A stretch of DNA of 64,000 nucleotides from assembly GCA_001687465.1 (NCBI GenBank), contig LVLI01000294.1:1-64000 (forward strand). The letters are read 5' to 3'. The DNA is from Halocafeteria seosinensis. Its lineage: Eukaryota. The position numbers and the translations under genes are program-made. Positions 10,647 to 23,500 of this stretch are shown one piece after another. Positions within the stretch are counted from its first letter, which is position 1, and each line of letters opens with the position of its first letter. The notes under the pieces are model-generated. The model was given only the letters and a program-made list of their open reading frames with translations, was not told the origin of the DNA and did not search any database.

Positions 10647-12456
10647 TCATGCACGTTTGCTGGAATGCATATATTCCAAGCACTGATGGAAGACTAAACG
10701 CCCGTTGTCCATAACTTGCCTACGCCAGGGTTCCGAAGGTGGGTAGAAAACACGTCGCACCTCCTGTCGCTCATTGGACTCTAGTGGAAGGTTCCTGTCC
10801 TCTTTGAGTGCAGCGTGCTCAGCTCGGAGTGCTCCAAAAACCTCTACACCTGGATAAGTACCAAACTCCTGGACAAAGCCCAAGGCTTCGCATCGACTTG
10901 TCGATTTAGTTGAACGAGGAGACCGACCTGGGGAGCTGCTTCTCCGCTTGCTGCTGGGGCTCTTGGAACGAGAGCTCGTCGAGCCATGGTGCATTCCGTT
11001 ACTTGTCACCTTAGTTTCTGCCAGTGCTCTAGTTGCTCCGGTAAAGGAGCCGTGAGTCACGTACGCAATGGATTGTGTACTCACACCGTCATCTCCTGCT
11101 TCGCCAATATCATCCTGGACTTTCCATTTCGTAGGATCGTTGATCTCCTTGGTTTCATCCTCGCAGCCTAAATGTACGAAAATGAATTGAGAATCAGAGT
11201 TAGAAACAGAACATGCCTTGCAAGCTACTAACCTAGGATCTTTCGCAACGTGGGTCCGCCGCTTTCGCAAAGAATGGTATCCCTTCCCCACGGTCCGAGT
11301 CCTGTAACACTAGGTCAAAATTGAGACTAAAAATTTTGATAAGAGAGAAAGGGAAGGGTCTTTACCTGTATGTACATCGACGTGAATAAACTGTTCCACT
11401 GTGTTGATACCATGCTCGACAAGAGTATTCAAGATCTGCTTCGGCTCCTCTTCTACGGTATAGCCGCCAAAGTAAATCGCTGCTCCGAACAATGTATTGT
11501 AAATGATCGAAAAACGCTCTGAATAAGGATATCGGCCGCGCGTTTAACATACAGTGGTGATCGAAATATTGCCCTCCAGCAGCAGCTTGCTTAACGCGAT
11601 GATATCCGTAGCATAAAATCATTAACGCAGCTTTTAGCATGTAACAGTCACAGATTCCTCTTCTCCCACTCGGATTCATCAAACTGCATTCGTAAGTAAA
11701 CGTCAAATTTCTCTGCCCCTTGCCATCGTTGGGCCCACGGTACTCACGGTGAAAGTTTTACGTAGTCCTCCGGGGGATTGGTTGAGAGCTGCGCAAAGAA
11801 TTTTTCGTCCGACTGTACCGTGCCAGGAATAAATATACAATTTCTGTTTAAATCCACATTATTGAATGTCCATCTTCGGTACCTGCAACCAAAAGCGATA
11901 TTGTCCCCAAATGATGGGCCATATCGTGTGGAGGCGCAACCTACCAGGCCATCCCGTAGGGATTTACGGCATGGATTAATATCAACACGGTATCCTCATC
12001 TAGATACGGTTCAACCTCGGACTCGTAGTTCGAAAGCAACCACTGCATGCGCAACGTATTATCTTACAAGGTAGAAATGTGTGCGGAGACAGCCTCCTAA
12101 CCTACCACCTGGATTGCCGATCCTGCATAACCCTCTACTCCGTGCGTACCCGAAGTATGCACTAGCATCTTCTTTGGTCTGAGAGTGCTGTGGCCACCTT
12201 TCCTTGGCTTTCTCAAAATGGCATAGTCTTGACTCAGCTCTTCTCCCATTGGACCCCTGAGTATGGCAGATAACGCCGAAGTTCCGCAATCAGGTTTCAT
12301 CACCTTATTCTGGTGCACTCACCTCAAACCTTTCAGCATGTAACGCCTATGTTCGACGACGTTTTTAGGTAGCTTATCTAAGCAGCGACAGAATTTGTCA
12401 CGTGCTTCCTTATACGAGTCCGAAAAGCAAGACTCCCATGCGCCATTGCTGCTCAT
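10647..12456 (-). CDS. DUF2817 / M14-like zinc carboxypeptidase-family protein, multi-exon
   Basis: FSDSYKEARDKF, TSGTHGVEGYAGSAIQ, LIHAVNPYG, RRWTFNNVDLNRN, VDVHTG, QEFGT and RRVFYP, joined by GT-AG introns. Confidence 0.85.
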
Positions 12457-12740
12457 GATAACCCAATATTGCCGATTAAGCACTACGTATTTCCGCGTAC
12501 CGAAAGAGCGCGCTACTACTCCGATAGGACCAACCTTAAGCATTGAAGGGCCGGAAGAGACGAGTGACAAAGTATGGAATGCGTATGTAGTAAAACAATG
12601 TCAACGTATCTTCAGATCGAGCTTCACAAACACCTTTTGCTTCACGGGCTTAATAGCTAGCTGTATACACAGCAGGATCGCGTGAGTTGGTATTGAGGGT
12701 TTCAGTCACTTTAATATGCCATCCACAGACTGGTGCTGAA

Positions 12741-13937
12741 ATGCCTGGTCTCTACCGAGGCCAGATAGTGTCTGAGACGGAGCGACCGGAAGACCGTGGA
12801 GGAGCTGGGATACCTCCTAGAGGATCACGACTGGCACTCTTGTCCACTGACAAAGCACTTGCGGCAATAGGATGTCGGATTTACGCAATCGAATTTTCCA
12901 TTCCGGAAAGTGGGGAAGCGAAGGAATCTTCGGCTGAAAATGAACCAGTACAAGGATTTGCCAAACCGGAGCCGTTCGAGACGTTCCAGAGCCATTTCAC
13001 ACAACTGTCCATGGATACGGACATTGATTCACTGTCCGCAACTTGGAGTGGGAGCGCAGACGGGAGTGAACGTTCTAAATTACATGTGGTGGCTACATGC
13101 CCCAATGGAAATATATTGTACGCAGAAGGGTACTTTGGGGACGTGTCTTCTTGGAAGAGGTGGCATACCAAGCATCCAGGAGCGTGGGAAGAGGGCCTTA
13201 TGAATTCCGCCATTATACCATCAGATTGTGGCTGGTTTATCACAACTCATCTTTTTAGTGGGAAAGCGTGTGTTTGGAGAAGAGGAAAGTGTATTCAAGA
13301 GCTGCTAGTGAACAATTACCCCCTGTCCCTGGCGGTGTCTTCCCACACTGCGGGTTGGAGTATAGTGATCACAGAGCACGAGTCCGTTTCGATATGGCAA
13401 TTGAATTCAGACAAAGAGAAGTTCTTCTTGATAAAGAGAGCAAATTACATGGAGAAGACAACACTTAAGGGAGGAATGCTCCATGCTGTGGGAGCTGGAC
13501 CTACAGCCTTCGCAATCGGTGGTGAAGACACAACTATCCAGTTGAGGGATATATTTCAACCAGATAATCTTCAAAAAAGATGGCAAACTGGAGCGAAGTA
13601 TGAAATCTCTCATCTGCGTGTTCCCTTGACCACTGAGTGCTGTTTTGCGTGTGGAACTGATAATGAGGTGTTGGCGGGCACGTGGACTGCACAAAAGCAA
13701 GGGAAGCAAGTGTCTGATGGCGATCAAGATAATGGTCAGAAAACGGGAGGCGAAGCTGGTGGTGTTCCTTTGTCAGGACCTCTCATAACACTCCGTAAGA
13801 ATACTATGGTCCTCTTTAGGGGGGACTCAAAATGGATAGGATTCGAGTTGCTGGAGAATCGTGCTTCTATCCATCTTGGCGGCCTAACTGAACGAGGGAG
13901 TATCTACATATTGTCGAATGCACAAGACATTGCTTGA
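12741..13937 (+). CDS. WD40/beta-propeller-like protein of unknown function (intronless)
   Basis: ORF of about 400 aa with beta-strand-rich WD-like units (SVSIWQL, AIGGEDTTIQLRD, FACGTDNEV). Confidence 0.6.
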   Translation: MPGLYRGQIVSETERPEDRGGAGIPPRGSRLALLSTDKALAAIGCRIYAIEFSIPESGEAKESSAENEPVQGFAKPEPFETFQSHFTQLSMDTDIDSLSATWSGSADGSERSKLHVVATCPNGNILYAEGYFGDVSSWKRWHTKHPGAWEEGLMNSAIIPSDCGWFITTHLFSGKACVWRRGKCIQELLVNNYPLSLAVSSHTAGWSIVITEHESVSIWQLNSDKEKFFLIKRANYMEKTTLKGGMLHAVGAGPTAFAIGGEDTTIQLRDIFQPDNLQKRWQTGAKYEISHLRVPLTTECCFACGTDNEVLAGTWTAQKQGKQVSDGDQDNGQKTGGEAGGVPLSGPLITLRKNTMVLFRGDSKWIGFELLENRASIHLGGLTERGSIYILSNAQDIA

Positions 13938-13944
13938 AGGTGTG

Positions 13945-15249
13945 TTATTCTTTGGGTGCGCTTCCTCTCCTGTCACTGCCAATAGGTTTATCGCTGGTAG
14001 AGCGCCTGTGCGCGGTGTGCCGGGTTCTTTCCTCCCATGTATTGCGTGCCTCTTTTGGGTTGAGCGATGTGGTTTCGACACCAGCAGGTTGGCCTCCACG
14101 CTTGCTTTTATAAAATATTTGTCTCTCATGACCATATTCGGCCGAGTCTTCAGGGTACTGGTATCCTTTTGCCCTTTCTCTCCAAGAAGCCGAGCCGCGT
14201 CTGTTGCTTCTGCCATTTGCTTCTAGGACAGCAGCACTCTTTGCATTCTTGTTGAATATTTTACGGGTTCGCTCGAACTTTTTGTGCGCCTCCTCCTCCG
14301 TCTCGCTATGCTCGTCTTTTACATCATCTCGCTCTTCGATGACAACTGCACCCACATCGGCATCAAATTGATCTTCGGAGCGATTTCCCCCCTCTTGCTT
14401 GCCAACGGACGTATCTTTTTCATGGAACGTCTCTGCTTTATCGACAGTGTTTGAGTGTTCCTCAAGAGACTGCTCGCTCTTTTGGTTGCCATGATCCACA
14501 GTTGGCTCGGGCGCATGTTGAGATACTGCGCAGCTGGTGGTTTTGTCGTTATCTAAGCGCTCATTAGTGCCTTGGATGCCTTCCTCCTCAGCATGCAGTT
14601 CTTCTTGCTGTGTGGGTCTACTGCCGTCTGGACGCTCTGTAACTGCCAGCCCCCCACTTTTCGTCTCCATACCAGCATTCTGGTCAGTATCTCCTTCTCG
14701 GAGTGTTTCGCTCTTCTTCGCTGTCGCAGAATCTCCAGAGCTTTGATCAATGCACTCATTAGATTCATCAAATTCAGTAGTGTTCTCGCGTACCGCGTCA
14801 TCCTCTGGTTGCTTCCCGGTGTCTTCGGCATCATTGGACGAGTGACGCTGCCCTTCGTCCACGTTACTATGTGCTTCTTCCGCAACTTCCGCGGTATGAG
14901 TTTCCGGATAATTACCTTCCTTGATGCCGTGAAAACCAAAATCACCCGGGTCCTCACGGGAGCCAAAGTTGTTTCGGGACTCCCCGTCCTCCGTTACACG
15001 TTGGTCATCTTGCTCAGAAGAGGCTCTGACAGGACTGCTGCTCTGAGGATCTCCTTCTGGTTCTTCCACTGCGGCGGTCGAAGCGGCCACGTCTTGGGAA
15101 TTAGTATGCGTGTGCTCTGTTTCTGGGGCAGTATCTCCGAGTGGAAGGGTTTCTTTGCTTCGAGAACGCGTAGTCTTTGCCGGAGGCTGCTTGACCTGCG
15201 TGGTGGGCTGCTCCGTGTTACTTGCAGCTTTTGAAGAACGACACCCCAT
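13945..15249 (-). CDS. Acidic disordered protein with N-terminal MGCxxS dual acylation motif
   Basis: 434-aa ORF starting MGCRSSK (myristoyl-Gly2 / palmitoyl-Cys3 consensus), E/D/S/T-rich, basic C-terminus. Confidence 0.75.
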   Translation of the reverse strand: MGCRSSKAASNTEQPTTQVKQPPAKTTRSRSKETLPLGDTAPETEHTHTNSQDVAASTAAVEEPEGDPQSSSPVRASSEQDDQRVTEDGESRNNFGSREDPGDFGFHGIKEGNYPETHTAEVAEEAHSNVDEGQRHSSNDAEDTGKQPEDDAVRENTTEFDESNECIDQSSGDSATAKKSETLREGDTDQNAGMETKSGGLAVTERPDGSRPTQQEELHAEEEGIQGTNERLDNDKTTSCAVSQHAPEPTVDHGNQKSEQSLEEHSNTVDKAETFHEKDTSVGKQEGGNRSEDQFDADVGAVVIEERDDVKDEHSETEEEAHKKFERTRKIFNKNAKSAAVLEANGRSNRRGSASWRERAKGYQYPEDSAEYGHERQIFYKSKRGGQPAGVETTSLNPKEARNTWEERTRHTAHRRSTSDKPIGSDRRGSAPKE

Positions 15250-15440
15250 TTTCCTGAATCATATAATAGACCAATCTAGCTCTACCTACAATGGCGCTCC
15301 CGTTCCCGAAAGTACACCGTGGATTTCCTACACTTCTTCGATCTGTCAACCAACTAAAAATGCGATGAAACGAGTAACTTCTCAGCCACAAGATTTAGCC
15401 CGTTTGATAGACAATCAAGTCCGAAACTACCCCCATAACT

Positions 15441-15688
15441 CATGAGTGTCCTCCAGCGGGACTACTCACTGGGAGTCCCCAGGACACGTATTAAGTCCCT
15501 CACATTGAACTGGGTATCTTCCTTGTTGAGGTTGAAGTACACAACTTCAACCAACAAAGCTCATGCTTGCCTCCATAGACAGGTTAATGTTAAAGGGATA
15601 GTGTGTTGATAAGAGACACTCTCAGAATGATGCAATCCTTATAGCTGAGAGAACGAGATTGTCTGTCTTGGAGGTGAGGGACAAAGAA
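15441..15688 (+). ncRNA. Candidate structured RNA or structured 5' leader (family unknown)
   Basis: Nested stems GTGTCCT/AGGACAC, GGGACT/AGTCCC, GTCCCTCAC/GTGAGGGAC, GGTTGAAGT/ACTTCAACC, CTCCA-AGACAG/CTGTCT-TGGAG and CTCTCAG/CTGAGAG. G-U extensions favour the + strand. Confidence 0.4.
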
Positions 15689-15699
15689 TTTGCCAAACG

Positions 15700-16173
15700 A
15701 TGCAGCCTCGGTCGAGATGTCATTTCCAAGAGCCTTTATATGCTCCTTTAGAAGTACGTGATCCCAGCAAAATGCTAGTGTGAGAGGATGAGTAGATGCG
15801 TTTTTATGCTCCGTTCATTCAGTACGCCACGCTACGACGTGGGTTTGGGGAAGAAGGGAAAACACAAGAGGTACCGACCATGCCCACGGAGAAAAATTTT
15901 GTTCAGCGGGCACCGGTAAGGCTAGCATAAGCGGTCAGCATGATGCTGATTCGTACACTTTGTCACGTTGCGCTCAACGTCAACTGGTCGTCTTCTTGCA
16001 GCCGTTGGATCATGATTTCAATAAAGACCGTGAGGTAGGTTACCCATAGAAGTTCGAATCACTACCGATTCGGAATTGTACATCTTCCATTGCAGCTAGT
16101 ATCTGAACTTACGGATAAGCTAGAGGGAATGAAGCAAAAGGAAGAGGAGTTGCGAAAATACAGTGGCGAGTAA
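15700..16173 (+). CDS. 85-aa microprotein, 4 exons, C-terminal coiled coil (absent from ORF track)
   Basis: Exons 15700-15753, 15823-15915, 16002-16034 and 16096-16173; three phase-0 introns with GTACGT/GTAAGG/GTAGGT donors and CAG acceptors. Product MQPRSRCHFQEPLYAPLE...LVSELTDKLEGMKQKEEELRKYSGE*. Confidence 0.7.
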
Positions 16174-16376
16174 ATCGACCAAATGGTATTGATGAACCGG
16201 TTTATGAATACCATGGTACTCGTTTTTGGATGTAGATTCAAGGCTAGAAGTATGAGAGGGTAGGAGGTGCAGTAGAAACAGTGTTTAAGAGTTATTTTGA
16301 CCCTAGCCATCATTATGTCCATTGTATAGAAACGACACAAGAAGACGGCAACTTGCCGCGTCATAGCCAGAAGATA

Positions 16377-19300
16377 CTACAGCTGCGTCGTGACCATTTC
16401 CTCCACATTCGCCGAACCTGTGAGGACACAAGGAGGCAACTCCTTTGTAAGAACTTCCAGATCGTAAGCATAAGCAACGTCAAGAGATATGTCCATCTGT
16501 GACCCTCTACCGAGCGCTACTGAAACTGTTTCTTGAGGCTCCTTATACTTCTCCTCCTCTGGAGGAGTGAATTCTGGTGGAACAGGGAGCGGTAGGAAAA
16601 CGAGACAACTGTTTTCAGTGTTGTGTCGGATAACCTCATTAATGACGACAGGATTATGGGCCACATCAATGACATCATTTTTCGGAGCCGTTGCATTGTG
16701 TCCTTCCAGTATTTGCAGAGTGGGCACGCGACGGGATCCATACAAGCTGATGACTCTTAAGTCAGTACTGAACCTAAATGCATCTAACATCTCTAGAATC
16801 CTTTGCCTCTCTGCCTCCTCTTCCTCTGGCCACTTGACAATACTGACTACTCGCAGTGACGTATTTTTGCTCCAGATATCAGTGTTATGCAAGCTGTGAG
16901 CTAACTGCAGAGCCAGAGAAGCCGATCCTGACGATCCAAGATCCACTCCGTACGGAAGCCAAACATCGACCTTCATTGTTCTCAATTCTGATCGCACGGC
17001 TGCCTTGGAAGCTGCCTTGCGGAACGAAACGATAAGTTCTTTGTCCAGCGACTCAAAATTTCTAGTGAGGAGTAGGTTACGTCTTAAGTATAGTACGTCT
17101 TTCGCTATGTTCATGAATTCCTTAACGTTGTGCAGTGGTAATGCGATCGGTTCGGCTTGCCGCATCTGCTGGGTGGACTCAGTTTCGGCATCCTCATTAT
17201 TCGCCTTCCGTTTGTCGCTTGAGTTCGAAACTGTGGATTCATCGTCGATTCTATTATCCCTTGTATAGCCGTGCAGCTGAGCAATTGATGCGGCCACATT
17301 TTCTGCCCGATGAGAACGATCTTTAAAATCACCTCCATGGCTAGTTGCGCTAACTGGGAACGACTTGACGCTTGTTGCTCGAGCCGTCTCTCCGAGAGTT
17401 ACTGGACCACTTCGTTCCTTAGACAACGGACTCATGATTCTCTTTTCCGTAGAACTAGTTTTCTGGTCGGAGGTCGCGTTATTGGTCTCTAAAGATTCCC
17501 CAAGGCCCAAGTAACTGAACCTCAACGTGAACTCCATACCTGACCCTAACTTCATTCTGCCATTCTCCAAATACAGGCTCCCTCGTTCTGAGCCGTATTT
17601 TTCACATGCCTCGTAACTAGAGAGATTGGCCTCAAAATTCCCATCTGGTGTAAGAATACCTTCATCAGAGAGGCTGCGGAAAAGCTGAGTTGCCGAAAAC
17701 AGAGGCATACACACAGTATGAGGCTTCATTCCTCCAAGGCCAGAAGCTACAACTAAATTTTGATATGCAACCCGGGCCGAAGGCCCTATCCCTGTTTCGA
17801 TAAAGGCCTTTATATTGAATTTTGATACAAATTCAAGCCAAAGGTTCCGTAAACGTGGAAGCGACCGTGACACAGTTGCGATGTTTCCCACCATAATGCT
17901 GCCGACAATGTACAGACCACCCTTCTTGACATTGTTACAAAAGTCTAACAGAATCTTTGCATGCAAATTAGAGGGATCTTGCATGAACACCATTAAACTT
18001 GGTCTCCAGAACTTAGCATGTGCTTTCCTTTCATCTAGCCGCAGCAAATACTTCCGGACCTGGTGAAATATGAGAGCTTGAGCGACATCTCCCCATCCAG
18101 CAGCAGGGGAAGAATAACTGATATACAGCCACACCAAAATAAGAATAACGACGGATATCGAGGCAGTCACAGGTCCACTAATGAAAAGAATGACGGCACA
18201 ACAAAGAGCGCCTGCTAGAGCTGTATGCCACGAGAAATAACGGAACTTCGGTCTAAAGTTCGGAGCGCCAGCGATCCTCAAGGTGAAACAGGCTAGATTG
18301 GTGAACATGTAAACTAGCAGGAAGAACTGAGAAATCAAACTTGCTACTGCGTTTAAATTTCCCATAAAAATACATCCCTGAGCAATCACATATGAAATCA
18401 AAATGCCTAAGATTGGTTCATCTCCAGACTTCGTGCCATACTGGAACACACGAAGCACCGGAAACAGGTCGTCTCTAGCCAATGCTTGCAATATTCGTCC
18501 CGAAGAGACCAGGTTGCCTAACGCGGAACTAATGCACGAGGCTATTATGCCAATCGCGACAAGTAGCTTCTCCGGAGAAATGTCTTGCATTACATTCAAG
18601 TTATTGAGAAGAACGTGCCGCTTTACTGAAGCACCGATTGCAAATATGAGGGCTATGTAAGTACCGTAGGCAGTGAAGACAGCCATCAGTGTCCCTCTTC
18701 CAATGCTTTTGCCGGGGTCCTTCAAGTCTCCCGACATATTGGCACCAGCCATTACACCTGTGCGTTCCGACAGCGTAACAAGTTGAAACTCCACAGCAAA
18801 ATACAATATCACTAGTGGCATCAGAAAACGTACCAGTCATCGCTGGGAACACAACAATAAAGACTTTGAAAAAATCCATGTCTTTCCCACCTGTTGGCTG
18901 GTAGTCGACCCATAAGTTTTCTTTAAGAGTTTCCAGAGATAGCCCCGTATAGCCTGCAAAGAAACGGACATGTACGGGAGCGATGAAAAAGATCCCCGGC
19001 AGCCTAAACTCACCCTCCATTGCACCAGATCCGCGAACAAGAAACGAAAACAAACCAACGGCTATCGAAAACATTTGAATTAAAAAAACAATGATATTAA
19101 ACTTGCTAAAGTATGTTGCTCCGGTAAGCGAAACAAGTAGGCAAACAAATAGACTCAAGGAGGCCATGATGATTTGCGTCCATTTGCTCCCAACGCCTGG
19201 GATATTGCCAGTGAGTGAGAGTAGTTCTTCCCCAAAGGCAACCAAGTAAAATGTTACTCCAACGGTATTTGCGGCATAGAAGACGACTCTGCAGATTGCA

Positions 19301-19917
19301 ATCATAAAACCATGTAAGATAGAGCTCTCGAGGACTTGTCAGACTCAGCATACCCTACGGCCCCTCCAAACTCCGGTCCAAGAGTTCTCGAGATCATATA
19401 GTATGCTCCACCTCCTCGCACGGTTCCATTTGTACTAATTGCGGCAATTGACAAGCTCGTAAGAACAACGGTCAAAGTCGCCAAAGAGTATGTAAGCATG
19501 GCTCCGATGATTCCAGCTTGGCCGACGCTCCATCCGAGGCGAAGAAACAGGATAGCCCCAATGATTCCCAGCATACAAGGGACATACACACCGGGAAATA
19601 GGCCTGCATCCACATCCACACAAAACTGTCGTGCCGGTGCATCTCAGACACACCAACGAGACTACTGCCATACCGAGGTCATTTTTGGCGATCGGTTCTC
19701 CGGAGGTTTGCTCTGTATTCTTTTCCTCATCCTGCTCATCCCCATCGATCAACTGGGAAAATTTCGCCGAAACGTTCTCAGAATCACCATCATGATAAAT
19801 GTCTTCCTCAGGGAGGAAGGGCCCTTTATTCAGAGATGAATGCTGCTGAGACTCCGTTCCGCCGTTGAGGAGGGGGAGGTTCACGCTGGAGGAATCGTTC
19901 TTCTGGTATCCATCCAT
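16377..19917 (-). CDS. SLC12-family cation-chloride cotransporter (SLC12A9/CCC-like), 5 exons
   Basis: GVYVPCMLGIIGAILFLRLGW, AISTNGTVRGGGAYYMISRTLGPEFGG, GVMAGANMSGDLKDP, APNFRPKFRYF, QALIFHQVRKYLLRLD and KFWRP. Confidence 0.93.
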
Positions 19918-20570
19918 ATTAGCTAACCCATCTATGTGTTTCAGTAACTACTGAAAATATGACAAGGGCCATATCAAAGATGTATGTGACTCTATGAAGT
20001 AGCAACTAGGTTTTGTTGAAGTTACGCCACACGTAGCTTACGGGAAGTAGGAACATGTTACTAAGAGCAGCGTGTTCTACGAACACTTAAATGAAGTTCC
20101 CGTACAACGATAATTAACGTATTTTTCGAACCAGGTGGGTAGGAGCTGTTAGTTCGAGCAATAGAGGAGCGTGCTACAAGCCTTTGCATTCGGCCACCCA
20201 CGAGCATCCAGCAAGTAAGTAGCATTCCTCGATTGCTGCGTTTTCCGCACCCATTTGAAATAAGGGGCAAAACCCAAGGGCAGAAAGGGAAAGGAGAAAT
20301 TCTCATGGCAGGAAGTCCTTGTTTGAGAGGATTGTTTCCATTGGGGGAGCTTGTAAAACAAGACAACAAAAGAGACTATATCCACCTTGTTGGAGTCTGC
20401 GCTTGTTCGATCTCTTCCAAAGGTGTATTATCGGGGTGATTTTGACATTTGAATTTGGGGTCCTCAGCCTTCTTTTTTGCCTTTTCCATCGCCATTTAGA
20501 CCATTGCAACGAATTTTTTTACCGTATTTGCATTTCATTCTGGCCTAGACTACGCTAGCAAAGTGAGAAA

Positions 20571-23500
20571 ATGGCTGGAAACGAAGAAAACGCTGTCGTA
20601 ATCGACAAAGATCTCTTCAAAGACCGTCTTCATCGGGCGGTCCGTCACCTCAAAGTAAGTGACAAGAGGAGACACGTAGAGATAGATGGCGTTGGAACTC
20701 TCTGGTGGTGTGTTTTGGGGCTGTTCCCGCTAGCTTACCCGGCCCTGGTCCGAAGAGCAGTGCATACTCCTGTCAATTTCCTTTTGGTTCATTTCAGGAA
20801 AACAAGAGCAAGGAATATGGAGGGGCTTCAGGATGGGTCCAAGTTCATGGTAATCGCTCGGAGGACAATACAAACATGCTTAACGTAGCTGTCCACGTAA
20901 GTGTTTGACCCTACTACGTAGGAAATGGATGCCACACAGACCTGTATGTCGAAGCCCTGCAGCTCCATCTATTAGGGTATGAGTTCCCTGGCACATTGCT
21001 GATGCTTACCACTGAGACTCTATACATCCTGACCAGCAAGAAAAAAGGTAACAGTTTGTGCTTCTGGAAGAAACATTTCAATCCTTGAAACCAATATTGC
21101 CCTTCTCCAGTTGAATATATCGAACCTCTGGTAAAAGCTGCAAAAAGGGAGTCCTGGGAAGTAAAGGTTGAGACTCTAACCCGCAACAAAGCCGATAACG
21201 ATCAACAAAACTTTTCTACTTTACTTGCTAACTTTCGAACTGAGAGTGGGGACTCAGTAAGTCAAAACGCATCTGTTTTCGTCGATCCATAATATACTCG
21301 CGTCCGTACGGTTCAAGCGCAGAGTCCCATGCTAGGGGTTGTTGACATGACAAAGGAGACGGGCAGCTTCCCTGATGCTTGGAAGAAAGCAGAGGAAGAA
21401 ATCGATACTCTCGATTGCACTCGCGGGGTAGAGCTTTCATTGCTGTACAAGGATGATAATGCTGTAGATAACATAAAGAAAGCTTGCAATATGTCTGCTC
21501 GACTGTTTAAAAAGGTATTTCTAGACGAGATGGAAAGAGTCATAAACGACAACGAGTCGACTAGCCACTTGGACATTGCGTCAAAAGTGGAGGGGGCTCT
21601 CGATCAATTGACTAAATACGGAATCAAGCTTGAGCCTGAGCAGGTTGACATGGCCTTGCTCCCTGTTATACAGTCTGGTGGCAATTATAACACCGATATC
21701 TTCTCCATAGAGCCTGATCAATCGTCTCTGGGTCAGGACATTATCTTGCTCTCCATGGGTGGGCGTTACAAAGTAAGTTGTCATGATGCTTACGTGTCTT
21801 CGCATAACATCTGAGCACCAGCGATATGTTTGCAGGCCTATTGCGGAGCTCTTGCTCGCACGTATATGATCAGCCCACCTAATGAAGTCTCAGACAATTA
21901 TTCAGCGCTCCATGAGGCCCATCAGAAGCTTATAGATGGTTTAGTCCCCGGAGCGACCATTTCCAAAGTCGTGAAAGAAGCTCGAGATGCCCTGCGGGAT
22001 AAGATCGGTTCTGACGCCAAGGTACCTGAGGATTTCGGATATTCCATAGGTCTTCGTCCACGCGAAGCGGCGATGAGACTTGACATTAATAATGGCTCAA
22101 AAGTAGAAAAAGGCATGGTGTTTTTTGTTTACACAACGGTTTCGGACATCCCGTTAAAAAAACCCGACAAGGATTCAGGGGCACCCGTTAATAAACTGAA
22201 GAAGTATTCCTTAATCCTCGGAGACACCATCCATGTTGACGGATCTGACTCAAATGAATCTCAGACCTTTACGTCAAGAGTGAAGAGCGTTCCTGGAGAA
22301 GTAACGTTCGATTATGATGAAGGAGATGAAGAAGATGAGGATGATGATGAGGACGAGGACGAAGGCAACAACCGGTACAAACAGCCTGCGGATACGAATG
22401 TAGGTCGTGTAGGAGGAAGAAGTGCAAGATTGGCGGCGAAGAAGGAGGATACAGAGGGTGATGCGGAAGAGCGAGAGCGTAGAGCACAACATCAGCGAGA
22501 ATTGTTTGAGAAGCAGGCCGAGGAGGCTCGTAACCGTTTGTCTGGATTTAATCAAGAGAATCAAGATGATGAAGCAGAACCAGAGGTGGAGCCAATCAAG
22601 TGCTATGATAGCCCAATGGAGATGCCTAAAGAAGATTTAGTTCGGCACAAGAATCAAATTGTCGTTGACAAACCTAACAAAGCTGTTCTTATACCGATGA
22701 TGGGATCGGTCGTTCCTTTCCACATAAACACTATTAAGAGCGTCAGCGTATCGGAAGAAGGGGGCAAGACATATTTGCGTTTTAACTTTTACGCGCCTGG
22801 ACAAGCCTTAGGGAAGGATTGCCCTAAGAACATGAGTCAAGCGGTTGCGAATCATCCCGAGCTGATGTTCATCCGCACACTGAACTTCATGGCTAGAGAT
22901 GGCGCTAACCTCAACCAGGTACATCGAGTCATTACAGCCCTTCAACGGTCTACAAAACAAGCTGCCAAGCAGAGGCAAGAGGAAGCAGATGTGGTTGAGC
23001 AACCAAAACTGATTAAGAACGACCGAACTGTTTCCACCCCAAGTATGCAAGATCTGAACATGTGGCCTGTGGCAAGTGGCCGGAAGTGTGTGGGACGTCT
23101 CGCTGCCCACAAAAACGGTCTCTTGTTTGTTAGTGGGAAGCAAGAGAGGGTGGAGATCATATACTCGAATGTAAAGCATGCCGTCTTCCAACCATGTGAA
23201 AAAGACTTGACAGTCCTGCTCCACTTTCACCTAAAACATCCCATCATGGTAGGCAAAAAGAAGCGGTACGATATCCAGTTCTTTACAGAAGTTGTAGAGG
23301 CTTCCCAAGCTTTAGACGGACGGCGACAAAGCGCATATGACCCTGACGAGCTGGAAGAAGAACAACGCGAGCGAAGTTTGAAGAAGACCTTGAACAAAGC
23401 ATTTGACAATTTTGCTCAAGCTGTGGAGAAGAAAGCTGAACAGTGCGATGATATTACCTCGTTCAAATTCGACAAGCCCGCTCGTGATGCTGGCTTCTAT

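Noticed and set aside
15470..15490. GGGAGTCCCCAGGAC resembling the RNase MRP P4 5' strand
   Set aside because: It lacks GAAAG, and no downstream GGGGCTNA partner is present.
16050..16076. GTTCGAATC T-loop-like motif suggesting a tRNA
   Set aside because: It lies in a 61-nt intron, and no cloverleaf or A box can be built.
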